In this document: in pieces, positions 55,236 to 64,000 of the stretch
Layout of the letters: each line of letters opens with the position of its first letter
Numbering within the stretch: the first letter of the stretch is position 1
Origin: the human T2T-CHM13v2.0 reference genome, Homo sapiens
Strand: one strand, 5' to 3'
Assembly (NCBI RefSeq): GCF_009914755.1
Contig: NC_060926.1
Length of the DNA stretch: 64,000 nucleotides
Translations under genes and position numbers: made by a program
The notes under the pieces: model-generated
Seen by the model: only the letters and a program-made list of their open reading frames with translations
Told to the model about the DNA's origin: nothing
Databases searched by the model: none

Positions 55236-56303
55236 CAGACAGAAAGAGCTAAACCCATGCAATTGTGAGATTAAGCAAAAGCCCATTCCTGTGCCTAAGA
55301 CTAACAAACCCTCCATGCGTTCTTGAACTCATTCACCTCTTTGTTTTTTTGTGACTTATCTCACAGATAATGAGACCTTAATAACAAATAAGTGTAAAAA
55401 AATTTTCACATTGAAATGTTACAAACATTTGATGTAATAAAACCTTGTTGGCGTGATAAACACATCACATTCATTATCTCTTATTTAGTAACTGTTTTTG
55501 ATTAAAAACACTCTAGAGATAATTTTGATTTCACAAAGGAAGAAGAAAGTTAGATACAAATTCAGGAACATATAATCAAATTCTGATACTAGGACTAGAA
55601 GACTTGACTTGATATAAGCTGTTCTTTTAGTCACGAGAAAGGAGTTCTATGTTTTGAGAAAATGATATTGATCAAAGTCCAATGACACCAAATAAATATA
55701 TCATTATGGAATAAGAATGCCATTTCTATACGGATTTGGTCTTTTGTTGCCAACAGGAGTGTAAATTGTCATTCAACTGCAAAGTGTTATTTAGTAGCTC
55801 ATGCTTAAAGAAAACAAATCATAACCACAGGTTATTTGCTGACTCTTACTGGGAAAAATAATAAGGCTTATTCTTTTGGTAAAATTAAACCATGCATAGT
55901 ATGAGATAGTGTGACTTGCATTATGTATCCTATGATACGAAATTATATCCCATATTCTCATATTTTATTATTATTTATTTATGAGGGCTCAAAAGTCCTT
56001 TGCTCTCCCACCATAACAAGTTCCACCTTCCCCCTCTACCTAGTTTTATAGTCAGAAATACAGAAGAAGTAAATGTAATTAGATAAATTTTATTAATATT
56101 TGTTTTATCCACTGAATGATATTGCTGCTCTCAAGTTTTCTAAAATTGCTTTATGTTATCATACTTATGTCAATTTTATAGCCATCTGCAAATTGAAATG
56201 TACATGAAAACATAAAGTTTAAAGAATCAATACAGCCATGGACATGTTAAAAGAGTTCTGTGATTTGTTTCTCACTATTGGAATTGGCAAGTTTTTTAAA
56301 AAG

Positions 56304-56347
56304 TGTGTCTGTGTGTGTGTGTGTGTGCATACATGCATGGGTGTGTA
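56304..56347. repeat. Imperfect (TG)n microsatellite
   Basis: Seen directly. Confidence 0.85.
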
Positions 56348-57169
56348 TTTTATAAGTTTAATTTGAAGTTAACTAGAAATGACAACAATTAAGCCTTCAC
56401 AATTAAATATGAATTCTGCCTGTTGTTATTAAGTCCTATTTAAGAAAGAAAAGCTTAAATACCTTAATTTCTGAGGTTCTAAGCAGATGTTTCCACAACA
56501 GGAGAGCAGTCTATGTAACTATATAAAATTTTTAAAAATCTTCTTGATGAATTATATTCATTAGCAGCAAAAGTTTGATGTACAGCTCTGTACAGAAGAA
56601 TGCCCCAGGACTCAGAGATTTACTTCTGCCCCTTCTGTCATTGATTAACAAAGTTTCAGGATGGTTTATATTTACTAGATATAACTCTCTCTCAATATGA
56701 GTCAAGATAACATTCTGAGATTTATGAAGCTTAACGTGCTCTGATATTTCTTGGTATTTACTTTACAGCTGTCTTTGTAGTTTATTTACAGTAGGCTCAA
56801 CTGACTGGGTGAAGCCTGGAGTCCTCTGGAATAGTAAAGGTAGAAATCCTCAATACTTCCTCCCAGGGCTACTTATAAAAGTGTTTTTGTTTATTACAAA
56901 CATATTTGAAAGTATTCAGATCAAAACTTGCAGTGCCGTGTTTCTAATCACTATATCACTATTATTTGAGCATCAACCAAAATTAGTTTTCTATGATAAT
57001 TCATATTTTAAATATGCAAATAGAGAAAGTCCTTTCTAAATGTCTACTCCATTGTTGGAGCTGCTTGCCATTTGTGCTGTTTGGTATCACTTTATAGGAT
57101 TGATTGAAAAGTAGAGAATACCTTTTCTCCATGCCAAACCAAAGGTTCCTTTCCCATGGCTAATACTCA

Positions 57170-57300
57170 GCAGAGGGCTAAGGATTGGAGAACTGGGTCT
57201 TAGTTCTAACTCTTCCACTTACTAATTCTATGACTTTGAATAAGTCACTTGGATAAATCTCAGCCTCTTCATACTTAAAAATGAGATCAAGGAAGTAGCA
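57170..57300 (+). mobile_element. MIR
   Basis: 'actgggtcttagttctaactcttccacttactaattctatgactttgaataagtcactt'. Confidence 0.65.
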
Positions 57301-57907
57301 TACATTGGTGTACTATTAATATGGCATGCTTATTATAAACAGGGCTTATAATTGTTATTCTATTAAGCACCGCATAGTTGCAATGAAATATTATATTTTA
57401 AATACTGTACAAATATAAAATTAAATGATTAATTTGAGGCATGGGGAAAGTTGAACACACATAAGGTTATTAGATGCAAAGTTAATCTCCAAACCTTGAA
57501 TTCAAAGATTGGAAACACTGACTATCTATTGGAAGGGACAGCTCATTTGTCCATGGTATTCTTGCCTAGTAAACTCTCTGAGGGCTGCCACCATATTTAT
57601 ACTAATCACTATTTTGTTCTAGTGACTAGCATGGTGCCTAATACGTAGTGTGCATTAAACACATACACACATATACTTTATATATACAATAATCAACTTG
57701 TTGGATGACTACATGCATAAAAAAAGAAAATATTTCGTTTCTCTCTGCAGGTATGGGGTGAACAATGAGGCTGTGAATGAGGATATGGGTGAAAAATTAG
57801 GACAAATTGGTAGAAACAAGAGGACATTAGTAAACCTAACCTTTAAAAGAGTTATTCAAAATGAGAAACACCTATGTTGGTAATAGGCCTTTCTTTGTAG
57901 CAAGATA

Positions 57908-58576
57908 TGTTCAACTGAGGCCAGATCATTCCTGGACCAAACCAAGGGTTGGGCTGCTTAATCTCGTGGCCCAATAACAAGATGCAGATGAACTGGGAGA
58001 GAAGGGAGTTTACTTCTGTAACCGGGTACAGGGATAAAGCCTGGAAATTATCACCAGACCAACTGAAAATTACAAAGTTTTCCAGAGCTTATATACCTTC
58101 TAAGCCATATTTCTACGTGTAAGTGTGCATTCATCTAAAGACACAAGTGATTAACTTCTAATCTATAACTAAAGTCTGAGTTTTGAACACCTTTCTCTGG
58201 AGCCTTAGTCAATTTACTTAATCTAAATGGGTCCAGGTGCTGGGGTGACTACCCTTACCTCCTGCTAAATCATGGAGGTTTGGGGAATTCCTTCAGACCC
58301 ACAATAAACTTCTCTCTGGAGTTCTGGGGAGTTTCTTCAGACCCACAGTAAAACTTGTTTAATCCTAAACGGGTCCTGTTAAGAATTCCTTCAATATCTT
58401 GTCATACTTCGAGGCCCAGGAAAGGCCTAGGCAAAACTCTTGGTGGGCTTTTCTTATATTCTAGCCTTTGTATAAGGGCGTTGGCTCTATCAGCTTTTAA
58501 TATTTAACTTAACCACTCAGTCAGTGCTGAAACAGTTGTTACGGAAGCCTGTATTAGTGAAACCTGGCCTGCCACA
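57908..58576 (-). mobile_element. MER51-family ERV1 solo LTR
   Basis: Minus strand starts 'tgtggcaggccaggtttcactaatacaggcttccgtaacaactgtttcagcactgactgagtggttaagttaaatattaaaagctga'. Confidence 0.8.
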
Positions 58577-58882
58577 AGATGACCCCCTATACTGGATATT
58601 CTAGAATTCACTGCACTGGCTGAGTGGATGTTCAAGGTAAAAACTATAATCTCATTTAGTAGTCAAATGTATTTCAAACCACAATAAAAACAACAAACTT
58701 CTTGGATAGCGGATTACTAAGACATTTGAATAAATTAGCTGGTCAATTTAATTAATATAATTGATCCCATCATCTTGGAAACAAATCCAGGAAATGTTTT
58801 ATGCCTCTGACAATTTTGCATGACTTATAACGGCATGAAGCAATGAATGAACTAGTAAGTGCTGGGAAAGTGTTAGTACTAC

Positions 58883-59235
58883 TAATATGGTTTGACTCTG
58901 TCACCACCCGAATCTCAACTTGAATTGTAATAATCCTCACGTGTCGTGAGAGGGACCTGGTAGGAGGTAATTGAATCATGGGGGCACGTTTTCTCATGCT
59001 GTCCTTGTGATAGCGAACAAGTCTCAAAAGATCTGATAGTTTTATAAGGGGCAGCTCCCCCACGCAAGCTCTCTTGCCTGCCACCATGTAAGATGCGACT
59101 TTGCTCCTCATTTACCTTCCACCATGATTGTGAGCTTCCCTAACCATGTGGAACTGTGAGTAAATTAAACCTCTTTCCTTTATAAATTACCCAGTCTCAG
59201 GTATGTCATAAGCAGCGTGAGAACAGACTAATATA
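58883..59235 (+). mobile_element. THE1C/D solo LTR with 5-bp TSD actac
   Basis: 'taatatggtttgactctgtc...gaacagactaatata'; TSD 58878-58882 / 59236-59240. Confidence 0.93.
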
Positions 59236-60838
59236 ACTACCTCCCTTTTATAGGCAGTAGTGTTGTTTGTTATTTCCCTAGTGCAAATAGAGCTTCCCAA
59301 AAAGCATTTGCCTTCTTATCAGATGGAATTTGACTAATTTTTTTTTAAAGAATTAACAGGGACAAAGGACTTTATGAAAGTGACCTATCTTGATCTTTAA
59401 TATCTTTCAAAAGCTCTCAAAAGATGCCCCTTGCCATCGTGTGTTCTGGAAGTAAAAGTGGGAGCTGCCTGGCAACAAGCTCGGAGTAACAGTCATTTGT
59501 TCTAAATGCTGAGTAATGCAGCACGACATTTTTCATCAAGAACATCAAAGAGAAATGGTCCTTAAAATATCTACAGCATCAAGTACTGTACATGGACAAT
59601 TACCGTGTGATAGATAAGTAAATTGGGTACACATAGGTTGTTTGTTATTACTGCAGTTCTCTCAGAATCCAGAGAGAATGACACCCCCTTTTTACTTAGG
59701 ACGGTTTTATATGTGAGGGTTAACTCCTCAAACAGCGGTGCAATGTATTCTTAGTGAACTGCTTCAGTTAAATGCACTGTTAAAAACCACAGTCATGAAA
59801 TTAGAGAAGTGATAAGAACTTTAGAAATCAACCCTTTTATCTCATATTTCATGTGAGAAACCTGAAACCCAGATTGATTGTCTTGTGTAAGATCATGTTG
59901 AAAGTTATTAGTAGGTCTGTTTGCCTTTGTCTCAGGCCCATACACTTCCAATGATTACATTGCCAATTCACTGAAAGGTTAATATTGTTAAACAGTCTAA
60001 ATTAACTAAATGACATATGTCAACATAACAGGGCAAGCTGAACTTGCACATTTAACCTCTTTCCTCACCACCTTTCCAACTCCCTGAAATCCATAGCAAA
60101 ATATTTATACCACATTGGAAATTGAGGAGGAGTGCTGGTTATATGCCAGAAATTTTATGGAATCTTTGCAAGATATAGTATAAGTGAGATCAGAATGAGA
60201 GGTAGGCTGACCAACAGCTAAGACATCAAGGACAAAGTCAAAGTCTGATAAATATCTGGCAGAATCTAGCACCATTGTCAAGTTCCGAAGGAAGGTGTTG
60301 GGCACAAGGGCAGTAGATGAGAAGTAAACATTAATCTTTCTAGTTCTTCTTAGAGTAGTATTAATGTGCTAGTACACACAATGCCATCCAGAGTACTCAT
60401 TTTTAGCTTGCACTTACTGTGAAGTAAAGGATGCTGTGTGTGTATATTTGGTGGGCGGCAGAGGGTCAGCCACTGCCATCCTAAGTCTTACAGAAATAAA
60501 GCAGGGCTCCAGCTAATCTGGTTTGTAACAACCAACATGAATAATATAACTTCAGCACAGTGAACAACACTTCCCCTAACCAAGTCTTATCTTTTACGGA
60601 TCGCAAAAAAATGGACTTGTCATCTGGCATCTTAACAATGTAATTGATCTAAATCTAAATCTAATTGATTTCCATCTTTATTTTCTGGGATGCAAGTGTT
60701 TGAATAAAGACTCAGAACAATCTGATAGAAACCATGTTATAGCCATAAACATGAGAAGTTTGTGTCATTCAAAATAAGAAACTTGTATTATGTGTAGCTA
60801 TAATCTGTTTTAGAATAATTATAAAATAATATTTATTA

Positions 60839-60916
60839 TTAAGTTGGTGCAAAAGTAATTGTGGTTTTGCCATTACTTTCAGTGGCAAAACCACAATTAC
60901 TTTTGCATGAACCTAA
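60839..60916. mobile_element. MADE1 (Hsmar1 MITE), near-perfect hairpin
   Basis: 'ttaagttggtgcaaaagtaattgtggttttgccatt acttt cagtggcaaaaccacaattacttttgcatgaacctaa'. Confidence 0.92.
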
Positions 60917-61689
60917 TAAATCTAAAGAAAAGTCTGTATTCCAAGAAAAAGAACACAAATGACACAGGTTGGAGCAAGCGTTAAAGCAGCCATGGCTAAT
61001 GGAAATGGAACCAAATTTTGCAGTTCAGGCCATCAGTTCTGATAAAAAATAAGGCTTTGCAGCATATCTCAAGTGTCTATTTTGTATGGGGTCAGAAACT
61101 TATAGCATGTTAATGACATGACTCAAACCGTTAACATGATAAAAGAAAAAAATTAAATACAAAGTATTAAAAAAAGAGAACTTCAGCCTATAAAGCCTAG
61201 AACATTAAATATTCTTTCTTTTTCAGTCATTCGATATGAAACTTGTTATGTTGCCTCTCTTAACAGAATACTGTTAAGTATCTTTTCATCCAATTAACTC
61301 CTTTTACTTGAATTTTTATTCACAATCAAACTTCTCATTATTATAGTATAGCTCTGCCTGTAGTGAGAAAAATAGCTTATTATGTACATCCATGCAAGTG
61401 TTTCATTTTATGTATTATTTAAAACAATTAATTGATCCTCTGATTTTATGGGCTGGTGTGGAGGAGGAGGGATGGGCACCTACATGCATTAATAGAGCGA
61501 AGGAACAATGATATTAATGTATAATGAAGAGAACTTAAGGCCAAACAATTAAGTTGATACGAAGTTTTCCATGGACAATTGTATTGTTTGTAAACACTTA
61601 CCCATATAATAATATAGCATTGCAATATGTAAAACAAAATGAAATTTTTAGGAAATGATTTTAAGATACATTTTTAAGTCATTTGCAAA

Positions 61690-62640
61690 CAATTTAAACC
61701 AAAGGAAAACATGGATATAGCATATTTAAATAATGTAATCAGTAACATACATCTTATGTGAAATCTTATAAAAGATGTACAAATATTCTTCTCTAATGGA
61801 GCTTTTGTACAAATTGACATACTAAACCATACAGAAAAATCTGTCATGAAATTTTAGTGCCAATGTTCCCAGGCCACATTGGAATAAATTGAGAGATAAC
61901 AACAAATAGAAAAAAAACTCAAAAATATTTTAGCTCCAAAATATTTTTTAAACTATTTTTTAAAATTTCAACACATCGAGTAAGAAATAAGAGCTGCAAT
62001 GGCATATTACTCTAAAAATGAAAACAGTCACAGAATTATTTTTCCCAAAACTTGTAAATAGCCAAATTTTATTCAGAACAATATAACTTTAAATGTCTCT
62101 ATTATTTGAAGAAAGACATAAAAATGTATTTCTCTGAGCTGCACAAGACCCAGAATGCTCTACCAACAGTATATTTAAATACTGAAGCAACAGATTCTAG
62201 GCTATTTAAACTCTTCCAGGATATAAAAATAAGTAAATAAATAAATATATTAAAAACAGCTTAAAATTCCTTTTGAGAAGCTCATGTTAACAAAAAGAAA
62301 ATTAAAAATAAATTATTATTCAAAAACAAAACCAAAAATTACAACTATTAAAAAATTCAATTTAGTAAATTTAAAAAGGAGTATAAAATAGGATCAGGAA
62401 GAGGTTACTCTAGAACTTAAAGAATAATTCAATATTAAGTCACATTTTTCATCATATCAGTAAATCAGATGAAAAAAAAGTTGACCTTATGAATAGAGGC
62501 CAAAATAGTGTTTGATTAAATATTGAATTCATTCTTGATGTAAAATAGTATAAAAATAAACATTTAAAATATAAGTGTAAAAATAACAAAGAACATATAA
62601 CTTGACCCAGTCAATATTATGCATATTGGAAGAAAACAAA
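61690..62640 (+). mobile_element. Highly decayed old L1M ORF2 fragments
   Basis: A-rich sense L1 remnants ('acaaattgacatactaaaccatacagaaaaatct', 'tttaaactcttccaggatata', 'aaagaataattcaatattaag'). Confidence 0.55.
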
Positions 62641-63612
62641 AGCTTTTCATAAATGTGCTGTTACTTCTCTAAGAAAAAAAATTGGAAGGAGGAGGATAAA
62701 AGAAGGAAGAGTGGTAATTTGACAGTGTCTTAGATTCGAAGAAGTACTATTCATAGCTGTTAAAATCTTGTCCATAAATAGAATATTTTCTCAGCTAATC
62801 ACATGCAGGATTACATGCAGGAGTACATGCAATCAGGGCCTATGCATCTATCCTTTCTGAACTTTCTTCAGTGTTTAAATACAAGACTAGATGAAAGAGG
62901 TAGAAATTACTGAAAGTAGAATTTCCCTCCACACATTTTCTTCTTAACAAGAAAGAAGATCCCTTACCAAATTGTTAGCTGAAAAAAATCAGTATTTCCA
63001 AGAAATGTATATATTTGTGTTAATTAAGCTAATTGTTTTCTTAATACATACTGTGAAATGTAATAATCACTGATCTATCTATAAGAGTAAATTACAACAT
63101 TTTATAGCCCCTGTCTAATTACAAATTCTCTTAAAAGCTTTGGAAGCTTTTGGAAATTAAAACCTTTGGAAATTCTCTTAAAACCTTTGGATTCAGAGAA
63201 ATCTGATGAATTTTGACTTCAGCATAAAATATATTGTTTAACATGTATGACATCAACAAATTAAAATCAGGTTATAAAAATAGGAACCCTAAAGGGGTCA
63301 AATCTCAATATATTTCCAAAAACCAAATGTTTCTGCTTAAAGAAGAAAACTTTTACTTCTGATTTTAAAAAGAAAACATGAATCTTAAAATAGTTACACT
63401 AGGCTCCCAAAATGTTATTGTATGATTATAGGAGTTTATTTTTGCACCTTTGAAAGTGTATTTTGATAATATATTTTAAACAGAAATGCTTTGTGCTAGT
63501 GCTTTGTGTGAGTATAGTGACTACTTCAGACTCAAAGTTGTGTTGAAGTGATGAAAAAGATATTGTATTTTGAACCCTTGACATTCTTGTTTACAGAATT
63601 GGCATCAGCTAT

Positions 63613-64000
63613 TGTCTTAGTCCATTTAATATTGATATAAAGGAATACCTGAAGCTGGGTAATTTCTAAGGAAAAAAGACTTATTTCGTTCACTCTTCTT
63701 ACAGTGGGAAAGTTCAAGATTGGGCATCTGCATCTGGTGAGGGCCTTAGGCTGCTTCCACTCATGGTGAAAGGCATCAGCCAGTACAGAGATCACCTGAA
63801 GAGAGAGGAGGCAAGAGAGAGAGGGGGAGGTGCCTGGCTCTTTTAACAATCAGCTCTTGTAGAAATTAAGAGGGGGAACTCATTCACCCTGAGGGAGGGC
63901 ATTAATCCATTCATGAGAGATCTGCTCCGATGACCTAGACACTCTCAATAGGCCTCACCTCCAACATTGGGGATCCAAGTGAAACATGAGGCAAAGGACA
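63613..64000 (-). mobile_element. MSTB-like MaLR LTR, running off the window end
   Basis: 'tgtcttagtccatttaatattgatataaaggaatacctg...catctggtgagggcc...ccaacattggggatc'. Confidence 0.88.

Overview
Primate (very probably human) AT-rich, non-coding genomic DNA, intergenic or deep intronic. No protein-coding gene, RNA gene or CpG island can be supported, and the supplied ORFs are chance or repeat-derived. A large part of the window is interspersed repeats, often nested: Alu (FRAM/J/S/Y), old and younger L1 pieces, L2/L3/MIR, MaLR and ERV LTRs, and hAT/mariner MITEs. Subfamily names are from recognition of consensus motifs, not from a database search. Notable structures: (1) a ~1.42-kb inverted duplication (39257-40678 / 42597-44022) around a 1.9-kb spacer, with a 159-bp perfectly identical core suggesting gene conversion and possible inversion; (2) a 712-bp HERV-H 'mini-provirus' (pol RNase H fused to the LTR7 3' end) that still has TG...CA ends and a 5-bp target-site duplication (TSD); (3) a twin-primed, 5'-inverted L1MA; (4) two strong, divergently oriented CTCF-type motifs; (5) several small templated or palindromic duplications.
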